Numbered from the whole stretch's first letter, positions 1-13,400 are shown. The stretch: 63,824 bases of DNA, filler included, from Lenisia limosa (GCA_001655205.1; 12 parts of 12 records of this genome joined end to end with filler, not necessarily neighbours in it), one strand, 5' to 3'. Program-made: numbers and translations. The notes: a model not told the origin generated them from the letters alone.

Positions 1-84
1 TGGGTGTAGTGTTTTAAAAGATGTTTCTTGTGTAATACCATTCCTCTCCCGTTCTGCCATATACAAATACAATTAAATATCAAG

Positions 85-610
85 GTGACCTATGTTCCTT
101 ACTTGTTGGGAAAAGGCATTCCCCTCGTCCACCCCTCTACAGAAATGCTGACAAAGGTGAGTGGGACAAATGCATCAACTTAGTATTTTTAAAAAACAAT
201 GTATCATTCATTTGTGATATGTCAACCAAGGCCGACTTTCGAGTCGAAATTGAACGAAGTTAACATGAGGGTTTATCCCCGAGTGTACGAGAATGTTATT
301 GAGACTTGTCGGTCAATTATCATACGAGGTATCATACCACTGCGTGGAAAATGATAGTTCACATCGCGTGAAAAAGATCCAAAAAGTGATATGATGGTAA
401 CTAAAACGCAGTTGAAGGATTCAAAATGGGCCCAACATCACGGTCATTGTTATCATATAATGTTGCGTCATTGATACTTAATAGTTGTTGATTGTTCTGT
501 ACTTTGGAAGTTAACTGTATTTATGATGGCTAAATTTCCAGATTACGAGCAGTAGACTTTATGACGGCGTGGTAGAGGTCATCTCAGAAGTGCAGAAAGC
601 AGATGCTTGA
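85..610 (+). CDS. 3' end (last two exons) of a hypothetical protein gene
   Basis: Exons 85-156 and 542-610 are bounded by AG/GT and splice in phase 0 to VTYVPYLLGKGIPLVHPSTEMLTK-ITSSRLYDGVVEVISEVQKADA*. No family recognised. Confidence 0.5.
232..395. repeat. Dispersed repeat family E, copy 1 (intronic)
   Basis: Shares blocks CGA(C/T)TTTCGAGT, ATTGAGACTTGTCG, GTGGAAAATGATA and AAAAGTGATATGAT, in the same order, with 32977-33149. Confidence 0.7.
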
Positions 611-839
611 TGAATTCGGGGCTCGGAGCAATGTTGTTCCTTTTCGAGTATTTTGTATTGTAGTCATATTTATTTTCCTATTTTTGTAACGAGAGATTTT
701 CTGAAGGAGGATGGAAGATGTACTGTTGTGGGGTGGAAAGAAAACAAGTTTGGTAAAGGAAAAACTAAAATAAAACAAATGAGAGAACCCGTGAAAGAAA
801 ACAAGTTAATAATATCAGCACACACAAAAATGAACACAT

Positions 840-3800
840 TTATGACTCAGGAGCTCCAGCATCCTCTTCAACAATTGCAGATTCGCCCTCCTGAACAACG
901 GGCTCGGAAGGCTCAGGCTGAGAGGGGGCCTCTTGAACCTGAGTGTAAGGTAGGAATGAAAATATTAAATAGAACAAGCAGGGTCTGTCTGACCGAAGCT
1001 GTCCTCCATACCTCCCCTCCACCAATTTAAGGAATATTCCATACTCCACAACACCCCTTTCATCTCGTCATAAAGTTGATATCATAAGTAAAATGAATAC
1101 TCAATTCAATATCCCACACCTCAGATTACACATCACATACCTTATCAGACTCTTCCTGAATCTCCTCAGCAGCTCTTTTCAGAGAAGCCGCGGGTAAGGA
1201 TGAGCCTGGAGGGGTGAGATGTCTTTGACAAGTGTTTCATCAGTAATGCTAGATATGATATTATAGGGCAATGTAACACTATACTATGATATATTTAAAA
1301 ACAGTTTCGCTTGTATGCTTTTATCACTTTTTTTGATGATTATGGTGAGAATAGATGTAATGACACCAATATAGCAAGTCATACCCCCACTCCACCCTGA
1401 GGCACTATGGTATAGCCAGCAAGTACGTATCCCGAGTTGCCATGCATGTTCATCTCGGGATGGGTCCGCATTGGAAGGACCTGTGACGGTGAATAGAAAA
1501 TAACATAATAATAATATTAAGAACATATGATGTGAAGTACACCCAACTCATAATTGACACCCTGCCCCCCCACCTGGTGGTAGCGTGTCCATAAGTCAAC
1601 CAATTGTACTTGTACGGCTCTACCAGACTGTTGTAACTGGGCCTGAAGAGTGGCCAGGGGCTGGGGGGGGGGGGGTAAANNNNNNNNNNNNNNNNNNNNN
1701 NNNNNNNNNNNNNNNNNNNNNNNNNNNNNNNNNNNNNNNNNNNNNNNNNNNNNNNNNNNNNNNNCACGAATGTTGATAACAACAAAAGGGCGACGCTTGT
1801 GCAACACACTCCAGCGTGCGTGTAGCATTAGCGATTATCAAAATTGGGTCTATATACATATGTAATATTGTGTGGAATAAATAGCTATATGATATAATAG
1901 ATTGTAAATTTGAAATTATACGGTCTATAGATAAATGTAAAAACTGTTCCTATTAATTACAAGAAGTCACGAACCTGAAGGGTTTTGGAGAAGATGGCGA
2001 AGGGAGATGAGGGGCGGAGGAAATGCAGAAGTGGGGGCACCACAGCGACTGGGCAGAATTTGGTGGCAACAATAAGCGAGTCGAATCCCTAATGATTTTG
2101 CAGGGAATAAAAGTGCTGTAATTCATTTTCGAGGAAACAAATTGATAAAAAATGAGATTAAAGAATCTGAAACGTTGTATTCTACATGTCTCTTCAATTA
2201 ATTGTATTGGTACCTCACAAACAATATAATATATAACTGCTTACTTTATTATTTCAGATGAATTGCCATTGACAGCATTAGCATCCCCAACCATTATTAA
2301 CAATCCTCAAACCTTATTAGCCTCCTCACGCAATTGTTGGGTGTCCTCGTCGTCATCTTCGCCTATCGAGTAACAATAAGGAAAATGGCCTTTCACCCCA
2401 AGACACTTGTTTTTACATAGTCAGAAACAAATATATTACATACACTCGTTGTATTTAATGTCCTCGCAATGCCAAAAAAACTGTAACTTTCCAGAATTTT
2501 GGAAGATTTGCACACTATGGGAAATATATATCGATATATTATTACTATATTCGTCATAAGAAATGAAAGCGATTTTTTAAAAACCAGTAGCCCCACTTTC
2601 TTCTGCAGTCAAAGTGGCCAAGGGAAGGTGCTTGATGTTAGCGGTTTCTTGCTTTGTCAGGTTGAACCATTTCATGANNNNNNNNNNNNNNNNNNNNNNN
2701 NNNNNNNNNNNNNNNNNNNNNNNNNNNNNNNNNNNNNNNNNNNNNNNNNNNNNNNNNNNNNNNNNNNNNNNNNNNNNNNNNNNNNNNNNNNNNNNNNNNN
2801 NNNNNNNNNNNNNNNNNNNNNNNNNAATGCTGTAAATAACATTATATTATAAGATTTTACATTACTTGTATTACTTGAATTAAGCCACTCACCTCAGTTC
2901 CTTTCATTCCTCCACTGAAGAGGTTGAAAATTTCGCCAATTCCTGGGTGCATAAAATCGTTTTTGATGGGGTGATGTATTCACTGATATGGATTCATATA
3001 AACTCTTCTCGCATCATATAATTAAGCCTCCAGTATTTTGACACTAAAAACCTATGGTAATCTAACTGTTATCGTTAGTGCTCCCTACGCTCCCATAAAA
3101 GACGGAATTTCTCGATAAATCCTCGATAAATATCGATATTTTAAAGGTCTTATCGTGACTATTACCCCCCCCCCCNNNNNNNNNNNNNNNNNNNNNNNNN
3201 NNNNNNNNNNNNNNNNNNNNNNNNNNNNNNNNNNNNNNNNNNNNNNNNNNNNNNNNNNNNNNNNNNNNNNNNNNNNNNNNNNNNNNNNNNNNNNNNNNNN
3301 NNNNTCGAACACCAAAGTACGGCCACCCGGCTGGATATTGGCCCGAGCCAGGAGCAGACCCAAGCTGTCAAATCGAAGGTTCCTGGGGGAGGGGATGGGG
3401 TAAAGGTTATGTTTTTTTTGTTTCTATAATCGGTCCCTCTCATATCTTAACTTAACCTTATCATAACTAAACCTTAACTTAACCTTAACTTAACCTTATC
3501 TTAACTCAACCTTAATATTATCTTAACATAATTTCATCGCCCCCACCCCCAACATGATCTTATCGCTCCTTTTAACGATGGCCACTTCTGCGATAATCTG
3601 CAGAGTCGGAGGCATTAAGTAGCCATAGACTGCGTACCTAAAAACGGTGAGGTCTTTTGTTTATGTGGGGAAGGGCTTCACTTCGGTTCAAAACAATACT
3701 GAATTTCTCAAAAAATCCTTGAAAACTGTCGATATTTTACCGGTCTTTTTTGAACCGAAATGAAGCCTAATATGAGGGGTAATTTTTTGGACTCAGTTTA

Positions 3801-6019
3801 GTAATATTTGGCAAGATGGAGCAATTGACTTTCGTCTAAATTGTCCGAAATGGCATTACATACTACTAGGGCTTCCCTACCGTCTCAAAAAAACGGAATT
3901 TCTCGATAACTATCGATATTTTAACGGTCTTTTTCGGAAGCCCTAAACTATCACCTCCAACTTATTGCGCTTTCTTTTGATGTATTTCTCCTTCGAGAAC
4001 CCGGTTTTCTCCTGGAAGGACTTGTTGTGTTCAGCCAATGCAGACACCACAGCTTCTCCTTGGGTGGGGGGGGGGGTTAAAACGAAGGAAATTTCGATGA
4101 ATAATTTTGGCGTGAAGGTACTAATCACGAACCGAAAAATCTGAAACTCCAAAACATGAAAAAACAAGCAAAAACAAACACGAGCAACCAACTCGGGTGG
4201 TTAAAACGAAGGAAATTTCGAAGAAGAATATTTGGGTTATTTGGAACACTTATGAAACAAAAAAAACCCAAATAAACTCTGTTAGCTGATAATACAGGGT
4301 TGATAACAACAAAACAAGTAAGAAGGTGGGGGGATTACAGTTTTTAAACGGGGAAACAAACCCCCGGGTAAAACACAAAGGATTAAAAATACGACCCAAT
4401 GCCAAACAACCACACCTACCGGTAGTGGATTCCTCTTTGATCTTCTGGATGTCTTCTTTTGAGAGGCTTTGGGCCGTATTATCGTCTAACAGGTTGCGGT
4501 TGTCTCCCTCTGAATGCGTTACGGGGCTTGATGTCATGGCATATATCCTAAATGATTGGGTGGATTAATATTATATAATAATCCGAAATTTCTTCTCAGC
4601 GTGATGGAAGTCCAAGCCAGTCGCTTATTCACCACCTCATCCCATCACTTAAAGGGGGTCTCTTATGTTATCATGTAATATTTCAACAATGCATACCCCG
4701 AATAAAATTCACTTTCCCCTCTCCGAGCATCTAGACTGAGTAATTTATCATATAGCTAACTATAGAGATTACGCTGCCCCCCCCCCCACTCTCTTCGAGG
4801 TCAACATGCTTCTCCTCAACAAGGTTGGGAATGCTGTCCATCACAGTGAACTTGCCTTGAGACAGGTCGAAGAATGTTCCGAATTTGTGACCGATAACAC
4901 CTGGTGACGTTAGCAATAAAGGCATTATGTTGATTTTAAATATTGCCTGGATTTTTAATTTGTTAAACTCTTTGTTCGTTTATTGAATTGCTAATTCAAG
5001 TAAGATAAGTTAAGGTGGAGAGACATTTGGATGAAGGGGTATCTATAACCATTGAGCACTCTGCTTGCATAGAGTTATAATGCAAATGACTGGGTGAATA
5101 TTAATCAAATGTATTAAAAAGCTAGATTTTATTTATATTTCTCATTTCAACATATTGACGACATTTTAAAATGCAGTGAAATACCCTGGGTAACCCACCA
5201 AGGGGATCAAGATTTTTCTTTCCAACACGAATTTTGGCACCTTTCTGGACCTAATTGGTGAGATAAATAGCTTGCTGCTTCCTGCTTTCGAGTCGAAAAA
5301 AACAAAACAAAAATAGCTTCAACATGTAATGAACATGTTAAGGATTGATGATTAATATGATGAGATCAATTTTCATTATTTGGAATAAAGTGGCTCAATG
5401 ATGGTAAAACCCTTGTGATATGATATAAACATCATATCTATGCTGTTCTGAATAATATCTAATCGCATTGAATACTATATGTGTTCACTAACATTTGAAG
5501 AAAAACACTCCTACTACGATTATCAACCCTCCTTCTACTGATTATCAACCTCCTTCTACTACGATTATCAACACTCCTTCTACTACGATTATCAACCCTC
5601 CTTCTACTACGATTATCAACACTATTTAAAGGTTCTATAGTATTATCATCTCTCATATAAAATATTTATTAGGACATAAAAAACTTCTTCTTGTATAATA
5701 GCATATAAAATCAACACGTGTTAATATTTACATTGTATTGCGAATACAATGTTTCCATTATACTCTATGTTTTACAATATTACCAAGAACACACTGTGGA
5801 GTAATTCTGAGAGTAGTCAACATGTGCTTCAAACAGAGCACAACCAGATCAAATAATCTCAGAATAAATGGAAGCATTATTCATTCTCCTCCACAATCAG
5901 ATAATACACATCAGTAACAACTCACTCACCGGAAAGAGGAGTGATTGTCCTCCTGTCGTGATCAAGGCAACATACATGCCCTTCGTGACCTTACCCACAT
6001 CGCCAGCCCGAGTCTCCAT
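840..6019 (-). CDS. TRM6: tRNA m1A58 methyltransferase non-catalytic subunit (multi-exon)
   Basis: Spliced exons give METRAGDVGKVTKGMYVALITTGG...KIRVGKE...IGHKFGTFF...GDNRNLLDDNTAQSLS...KEKYIKRK...GFDSLIVATKFCPVAVVPPLLHFLRPSSPFAIFSKTLQ-PLATLQAQLQQSGRAVQVQLVDLWTRYHQ-VLPMRTHPEMNMHGNSGYVLAGY. This matches the Gcd10/TRMT6 motifs DNR..DD..SQ.L and QVLP.RTHP.M. ATG at 6019, stop at 840-842. Confidence 0.93.
3446..3530. repeat. Degenerate TTAAC/TTAACC low-complexity tandem repeat in a TRM6 intron
   Basis: Repeated cttaacttaacctta units. Confidence 0.8.
3671..3771. mobile_element. hAT-type MITE, family C
   Basis: Inverted ends AGGGCTTCACTTCGGTTC...GAACCGAAATGAAGCC. Flanks ATGTGGGG / ATGAGGGG give a 7/8 direct repeat. 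Confidence 0.8.
3867..3945. mobile_element. Family C MITE, internally deleted copy
   Basis: TAGGGCTTCC...GGAAGCCCTA ends around the family core (TCTCGATAA, TATCGATATTTTAACGGTCTTTTT). Confidence 0.75.
4059..4322 (-). repeat. Stacked family A + family B repeats ending at a TRM6 acceptor
   Basis: The minus strand reads TTGTTATCAACCC...TTTGTTTCATAA (A), then GGTTGCTCGTGTTTG...GGTTCGTGATTAGTACC...CGTTTTAA(C)n...CAAG|exon (B). Confidence 0.8.
5511..5621. repeat. About 24-bp minisatellite, about 5 copies (TRM6 intron 1)
   Basis: Unit CTACTACGATTATCAACCCTCCTT. Confidence 0.9.
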
Positions 6020-6365
6020 CACGCTAATCGGTTACTAACTCTGCAAAAATACAAAAAGGAAGGGCAAGATGGGGTAAAAGGCCGTTTGCGTCGATCGATC
6101 TTGTGATAAAGAACTACGCGGCCGTGATTACTCTTAAAAAAAATTTCAGCGGAAGCCATTGAAAAGGAATTTAGTTATAGATATAGCATATTTACATCAT
6201 TAGTTAACATATTAGTAGCATCATACCAGTTTTTAGTCCATCATCACGGAATGTAAGCCCGTTAGCATCACACCACCACCTCCTTGCCACTCTAGACATC
6301 ATCTTGAGTTACGCATACATAAATAGAGCGTTTAGACTGATTTGATACTGTTAGCCCGCTTCAAC
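6020..6365. promoter_or_regulatory. Putative bidirectional promoter region
   Basis: About 350 bp between the TRM6 ATG (-, 6019) and a putative + strand ATG at 6366. Positional inference only. Confidence 0.3.
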
Positions 6366-9300
6366 ATGTCAAATGATGAAGCAGGTTTGTCTTTTGCTAA
6401 GTATAAGCTTACTTTATTATATATACTCATGATAAGACACGTTACGATCTGTATGATGTTTTTAACACCATATAACGCATGACACCACTGCAAGCCATCA
6501 CCATCTCTCAATGCTAGGGTTATAACTATTTCCTACTGGCGCGATAGTGTATTCTTCATTCCCTATTATCCTAGCCTATTTTGCATTGGGGAGATCTGAT
6601 AAGTATCAACAAGCACCTTGACTTATGATAAGACTCATCTCTTCAGAATTCGTGATTCCGTTGTTCCCTATTGACGTGAGATATTTGGCTGCCTACTTGG
6701 GGGAGGAAATTTCGATGAATAATGGGCGAATAATTTGAACTTCAAACAATTAAAAAAGCAAGCAATAACAAACACGAGCAGGGGGGGGGGCAACTTATTT
6801 TTGGATAGTGGTGTTAATATAGTGTGTCTTCCTGTGGATTGTTTACTCCTTCTTGAGAGAAAGGGGGTAAATCAAAGGTTGAATAACTTTGCTTGTCAAT
6901 ACAGCACACGCCACATTAGATGACCATGCCCCATTGTACTTAGGGCTTCATTTCGGTTCGAAAAAGACCTTTAAAATATTGGCAGTTTTCGAGGATTTAT
7001 CGAGCAATTCAGTCTTTTTTCGAACCGAAGTGAAGCTCAAATTGTACTGCATACGTATCTGTTTACACAATCCTGACACGGATATTGAGCTTTATCTTTA
7101 GTCAGTCTTTTCAGGCTTATCGTGGTCACTCTAGATGATATAATGTAATACATTATTGTTGGATGGCAATCTATTTTGCATTAAATGACACCGCAATTTT
7201 CGTGGTGGTCATTAATAAGAATTACCCCCACTCAATCAGTGTTGATTTATTGAATAATATATTTACAATCACCCTCAGTCCCCAGCGTGCAGTAGGGGGC
7301 AGTCCTTCAATGACCTCATCAACCTGCCTGCAACGTCCCCCTGGATTTCCTCCAAGTGAGCGAGGGAGGATGGAGTTTTGTGTTTTCCATTAACAACAAA
7401 AGAAACAACTCCCTCAAGGTTCTCATTTGAGACATCAGCCCATCTCCCTCAAAAACATAATACTCTGCTTTTGATGGGATGCGCTTCAGAAGCCACTGGC
7501 CTGGGCTTTTTTTTTTGTTTTGTTGTTATCAATCTTTGGTGCTTCTAGCAAGCAGAGCTGATTTTGGGCTTTTTTTATTTCATCAATTTTCCTTTTTTAT
7601 ATTACCCTCCAGATTCTCCTTTCCCGCCACGGCGATTGTGGGTTTCATTACACCCTCGCCTGTCTCTTCTTTTAAGGTATATGGGTGTATGATCTTTGAT
7701 TACGTATCTCGGGTAAATAAATGTTTGTGTTATGTCAGGCTTATGTTTCTCTCGTTTGTCTAATAATTCAAAAACAGTGTTTTAATCCTACTACAGATAG
7801 TGGCGTCTTCAATCGCGTGTCCTTCAACTATTGGGGTCGAGCTCTGCGACGCGCGAGGCGACAAACTTTTCTCGGAGTTAGAGTGGTGGATTGTGTACTT
7901 TTTTTCGTCAACTCAATCTCAATTTTTTCAGGGATTGACTGATTTTCCTTGGGAACATAGATCAAATCGGTCAAGACTTAACCAGGTCACTGTCATATAA
8001 AACTTTACATTTCACATTTTTCTCCCCCTCCTCTAATGGGATGCGGTGCTGCAGAAGCGNNNNNNNNNNNNNNNNNNNNNNNNNNNNNNNNNNNNNNNNN
8101 NNNNNNNNNNNNNNNNNNNNNNNNNNNNNNNNNNNNNNNNNNNNNNNNNNNNNNNNNNNNNNNNNNNNNNNNNNNNNNNNNNNNNNNNGGGCATCATACG
8201 CTGCAATATCAGTGAGGACGTGTTTTCGGCCAAATTGCAGATTCCGTCCTGTGATGCTACTGCGTCTAGGGTGGGCAGGGGTAATTTCTGGGGGATGGGG
8301 AAGGTACCAGGGCCTCATTTCGGTTCGAAAACAACTGAATTTCTCGATAAACCCTCGAAAACTCTTGATATTTTGTTGAAAGAAGTTAAGCCTTTGGGGT
8401 ACCTTTTCAAAGGAGGAGGGGCTACTATCTTTGAATTTCCTGGGATGGGAGGAGGTTGATTGAGTTTGGGAGCTTGTTAACGCAATACAACGTCCTCATA
8501 AATTCCCCCTTCAGGTCCAGATAAACCAGCTTGAGTTCCGCACGACATCCATCAAACAGACCCTCCACTCCGAGGCCTTTGCTCCTGCCACCCCCACGTC
8601 TCCCCAAAATAGTCGCACCGAGCTTTCTGGTATGGGGTATTAATATAATACAGAAGGGACTGTTATGAATGTAAATGTTTCAATTAATTCAAGAAAATTT
8701 CAAATATTACACATCTGTACGAGCAAGGAAATAGCTAATACAACAAAAGGGCGATGGGCGTATTAATAAGGTAGTTTAAGTATAGGGGATTGCTATTTCC
8801 CATGGGCCTAGCTTATTGTAAAATTTTATGTTTATCAGACTGATCAAAAAAATCGTTTACATTTGATCAAGAAAAAAGATAAAATTACCGCAGCTGTTCG
8901 GATTATCTTTCAATTGTTCAAACTTCTCCCTTTCTGATGGTGTAGCGGCAGTGGCAAATTCAAATACACTCTTCGCCCCAGTTCTGCAGGAATTGGAGGC
9001 TCTGGTGGGGGGTCTTGGGAGTATTGCAACATATAGTATTGTAATGATTCTTATGCTATAATCAAATATCTCTTATAATACCATCAACAGAGTTGATTTT
9101 GGGTTTTTTGTTTTCCATTTGCACGCAGTCCTACATTTTTCAGTGTTTGGGATTATTTTGCTTCGAATTTCCAATTTCACCCCCCACCCCTTCCAGTCCG
9201 CGGAACAGGAGTCAGACGTTCCCTTCGTCCAGCAAGCCTTGCTGTCATGTAGATTGGCAGCTATTGTGAGAGGGGTGTTTTTAATTGAGAGAGCCTCTAG

Positions 9301-10262
9301 GCTCAAACTTGCTCTATTGTTTGTTCTTGTTTTTCTCAATCTTTCGGAGTTAATATTCTCTTTTCCCAAGTCTTCTCATTTGTCTTTACTGCTCATCCTT
9401 CTTCCCACCCCATTTTTCCTCACATATCCAGACGCACATTCGCCAAGCCCAAAACAGCGACTCCAAGCTGGAAGAGGAGGACCTGATTTCCTCTGTCGTT
9501 AGTAAACTGGAGGTATTTTGGGCTCTTTTTGAGAAAAACAAAGGGTGGGTTAACTTTCGGTTCGGTTTTTGTTTGTTTGGTTGTTATCAACCCACAGGTG
9601 TGCCATACCAACTGGGTTGATTTTGGGCGGGTTCTTAGCTGTGAGGAGAGTTGGATACAGTTATTTTCGTCCCAACTTGAAAATGAGGATATGGTACCTT
9701 CTGTAAGTTGGAGGCAGCAAGGGGTCAGGGATTGTAAGTTGGCAGCAAGGGTCAGGGATTGTAAGTTGGAGGCAGCCAGGGGTCAGGGATTGTAAGGGTA
9801 TTTCTGGGATTTTCAGGATGAGAGGACTGATGAAACAACTTTGGGTCTGGTATTCTGGGCTTTTTGCGACCTCTTTTGGAAGGTCTATTTCAACATCAAT
9901 CTTCCCATTGTTGACTTATATGTTTATATTTGGTTTAATGTCAAGGTTGAATTTATTCATTGTTCCGCCTCCAGGCCCAGAGCACATTGGCGCGATTCTC
10001 AGCGTCCTTTATCAACGATCTTGTCAAACACGTAACTGCAGACACTTCGTCCGTGTTACCGAAAGTGGGGGGAGGACAGGGGACAATAACCAACTTGCAA
10101 GGAACCAAGATATCACAAGGATCTACCAAATACGGTATTTACGGATTTAGAAGCTGCCAAATTCGATAGCCTGGGCACGTGCCAACATTCCAGTCAACCT
10201 GCCATGGCCACCCAAGGGGCTTGAGGCGGTTTTCCTAGCTCGACACGGGAGGAGATCTTCGC
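6366..10262 (+). CDS. Hypothetical multi-exon protein, 3' end cut by a linker
   Basis: GC-richer segments bounded by AG/GT, e.g. VQINQLEFRTTSIKQTLHSEAFAP, DERTDETTLGLVFWAFCDLFWK, AQSTLARFSASFINDLVKHVTADTSSVLPK, KLPNSIAWARANIPVNLPWPPKGLEAVFLAR. The 5' exons are uncertain and no family was recognised. Confidence 0.55.
6941..7040. mobile_element. hAT-type MITE, family C, with perfect 8-bp TSD
   Basis: TAGGGCTTCATTTCGGTTCG...CGAACCGAAGTGAAGCTCAA, flanked by ATTGTACT at 6933-6940 and 7041-7048. Confidence 0.9.
7472..7612 (+). repeat. Family A repeat, near full length, ending at an acceptor AG
   Basis: GATGGGATGCG...CAGAAGCCACTGGCCTGGGC...TTGTTATCAA...GATTTTGGGCTTTTTTT...ATTACCCTCCAG. Confidence 0.8.
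7927..7996 (+). repeat. Dispersed repeat family F, copy 1
   Basis: GATTTTCCTTGGGA...AAATCG(G/A)TCAAGACTT matches the reverse complement of 51283-51347. Confidence 0.65.
9703..9797 (+). repeat. 27-31-bp tandem repeat starting at a donor site
   Basis: GTAAG at 9703, 9734, 9761 and 9792. Unit GTAAGTTGGAGGCAGCAAGGGGTCAGGGATT. Confidence 0.85.
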
Positions 10263-10362
10263 NNNNNNNNNNNNNNNNNNNNNNNNNNNNNNNNNNNNNN
10301 NNNNNNTTAATTAATTAANNNNNNNNNNNNNNNNNNNNNNNNNNNNNNNNNNNNNNNNNNNN
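10263..10362. other. Artificial assembly linker N44-TTAATTAATTAA-N44 (first of 11)
   Basis: The 100-bp unit has stops in all six frames. The 12-mer starts at 10307, 30702, 32494, 33897, 38072, 45950, 53741, 55654, 58363, 60412 and 62646. Confidence 0.95.
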
Positions 10363-10424
10363 TGGGGGGGGTGACATTTACACGATAATGGGGGGGTTGT
10401 TTGCCTTCCCTCCAAATGACAAAC

Positions 10425-13400
10425 CTTCATCAAGACGTGCAAAAGCTCGTCACGTGATCGGATGAGGCCACGCTCAGCGCGCGCCACTCTTTGCGTGAGT
10501 TCCAGGTGCTGGACCTGAGAAGAGGGGTTATAGAGAATAACAACCAGCAAAAAGCCTGAAATATCAACTATTTAGGTGCCCCAGAGGCCCACGTGGAGTT
10601 CGGGTTCTGCAGATGCAAAGACTAGGCTTGAACAAAGGTCCATGAGCCCTGCACGTGACAGCGAAATGTCCACTAAAGAACCTGGGAGTGTGAGGGTCCG
10701 AATGCATAGCTGAGGGATTTACTATATGCTAAGCATGTCGGATCTTTTGAACCATATGTGGCATACCGATTGATTGGATGACAGGGGGAAGTGGCATTTG
10801 TGGGTCTTTGGCAATGATGATGAGTCGTGTTTGCTGTTTGGTTAGAGGAGGGGATACACAGAAAGTCTATTGATACTCAAGGGTTCATGGAAGGGTTATC
10901 AACATACGCTGTCGCTGCCCTTGGTGATGATGTCGGCGATTTGGGGCGAAATGCCACCTGGCGCTAAATGCAGTGCTACCACCGGGGCTGTGGAGATGCT
11001 GCAGAGTGAGGAGTTTNNNNNNNNNNNNNNNNNNNNNNNNNNNNNNNNNNNNNNNNNNNNNNNNNNNNNNNNNNNNNNNNNNNNNNNNNNNNNNCATATG
11101 TTCGCCTATCTAGAAAGCAGAATGATATGGAGACTGAACAACGAATTGAGTATGACATGTGTTATTGTCTGAAATATCATCAATACGCACTCTATCTCTC
11201 ATATTGGGGGCTCCGCACCTAGGGCTTCACTTCGGTTCACAAAGGGAATTTCTCGATAAATCCTCGAAAATTATCTACATTTTATCGGTATTTTTCGAAC
11301 CGAAGTGAAGCCCTATCCACACTGTATCATTTTAAGCTTCGAAGCTCACCTTTCATCCATAGTCGATCCAAAGACAAGGTCTCCGCTGTACATATATCCC
11401 AAAAGGGCTTCGGCCTTGGAGGGGGGGGGGATGAGAGAAAGGGTATACGATTGCACCAGGAAGTGCGTATCACCACGGTACAAGGCTATTGACAATTGTG
11501 TAACAATGATCTGACCAAATAAATTACACTTGAGCCCCTTCGACTGAAAAAAATTGTTGTAAATCGATTTAACATTACCAAAATATTTTTAAACAAAATA
11601 AAATCCAATGCGAAGAAAATTACCATGACTGTTGGGTGCAATGAATAATAGAGAAGGTAGTTTCAAGAAGGGGGTACCCGGGATACCTGGTTGTGCCAAT
11701 CAAGCAGAATCGGCATATCGTGGGCGTAATGCGTCAACGTGGCGTTGGCTAGCCATGATGGTTCGGCCTTCAGCCCCTGGCACTGCCACTCCGACACCAA
11801 CATTTCTGGGGGGGTCAGCTATAAGAACACTTATGAATAAAGCGGGGTTGCTTCAGAGAGGCAATATTCACGAGACAAGTTTACAAAGAAAATGTAATTC
11901 AAGGTAATCGGAAATTGGCACGCGTGATACAAACCCAGGTAATCTCACGCCAAACCCAATTAAGCCTACCTGGGATGCATGACGACAATGGGAGCTTCGA
12001 TGAGGCCACTAGGTCTCTACTGGCTTGGTCGTTGAAGAGGGTCCGTACAAGCTGTGCTCGCGGCTCTGGCGGCAGGGGAGCTGGGGTGGTGGTGAGATGT
12101 GTAGTCAACTCAATTGTAACTGAACACCAATATTGATAAAGACAGGTCACAGTTGAATGATGAAAAGGTGCTATTATCCTTTTTCACAAAACAATTTCAT
12201 ACCCCTCACCTGCAAAGTGTATAAACGCGGCAGTCAACAAGCAGTCGGCAAGTAAAGTTCGGCCCATATCCTCCAAGTTCCGAAGCTCGGACTCCCAGGA
12301 CTCTTGTGCAGGCTCCACTGCCTCCAGGAACTCATTTGCCGCTTCTGGGGGAGGGGGATGAGATTTAACCGATAATTCCCCCTTCCTCCAAAATAAAAAC
12401 AATTCTGTGTATATGCAGGTTGAAAACAAGCAGATATGTCACCAAGGCATTTGATGTGTCAAGCAAGAATAATATTATGTTCAGCAATGATAGCTTAGCA
12501 CTAGGCCTACCCAGGGTCTTTGCTGAAGTAGCGAGCGACGACTTCTGATACGCCGCCTCTATAGCTGCCGACTCGAATGACGACGACAACTGCAGCACTC
12601 GTGCCTGGTGAGGAATGAAGCATGGCAGCATATAAAAAGGTACAAGCTAAGTAAAAAAAAATAAAAATACAATAGTTTTATTACATTATTACAGGATATC
12701 AAGCTAACAAACCAACCTCCAAAGCCTTGCTCTTTTCACGGAGATTGGCTGCACGGCTTCGGTGTTTTGCAAGCTGAACCTTAACCCTGGCTTGTTCATC
12801 TCTGGGGGGGAGGGTAAGCTTGGATGGTTTGACAAGAAAAAGTTTATACGCAATAGTGTTTCAATCAAAAACTGAGAACGCAGCAAAATTTCAGAATACA
12901 TACTCACCTAATTGGTTTCATTTTTTGCTGAATGTTATGGTACTCAAAGAAGTCCAAGGTCCTAAACAGTAATACAAGGACGGTTGGGTCACATTGTTTC
13001 TGTTTGATTACAACGCCCCACAACCCCACCATTGGCAAAGAGTCGCAGCGGCTGGAGACGTCGAAACGGATTCCTGCGTAAATGTAGGGAGAGAAGTGTA
13101 TCGCCTGGGAGGTGAGAAAAAAACAGGCTGGGGAGATGGAAAGGCTACTTTCCCACTACTCCCCCACAGTAAGGCCGTAAGATGCGCCTGCGGAAGACCA
13201 GTGGTCGGGATGGCGTGCAGAGATGCAAGGAACTTGTCGGGAGGTTGAAGGGATCGTCTCACTGCAGGCCATCTGGAGAATAAAACAGTAGGTCGGTAAT
13301 ACTGGAGAAAGTTGCCCCTTCGTCCCCCTGGGTGCCTCTCCATCCCCCCGGGCGCCCCTTCATCCCCCCGGGTGCATACTTGGTGTCGTCAGCCATGCCG

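Noticed and set aside
1960-2090. Apparent in-frame TAG suggesting a variant genetic code
   Set aside because: The TAG is the acceptor of the GFDSLIVATK exon. All conserved genes translate in the standard code once spliced.
3446-3530. Telomere-like repeat
   Set aside because: Irregular TTAAC/TTAACC units inside an intron, with no consistent telomeric unit.
9596-9640. Exon VCHTNWVDFG
   Set aside because: The sequence aligns with the family A repeat (TTGTTATCAACCC...GTTGATTTTGGGC). The exon more probably starts after TTAG at about 9639.
11220-11315. tRNA or Pol III B-box (GGTTCGAA) in family C
   Set aside because: The motif is part of the TIR; there is no cloverleaf or A-box.
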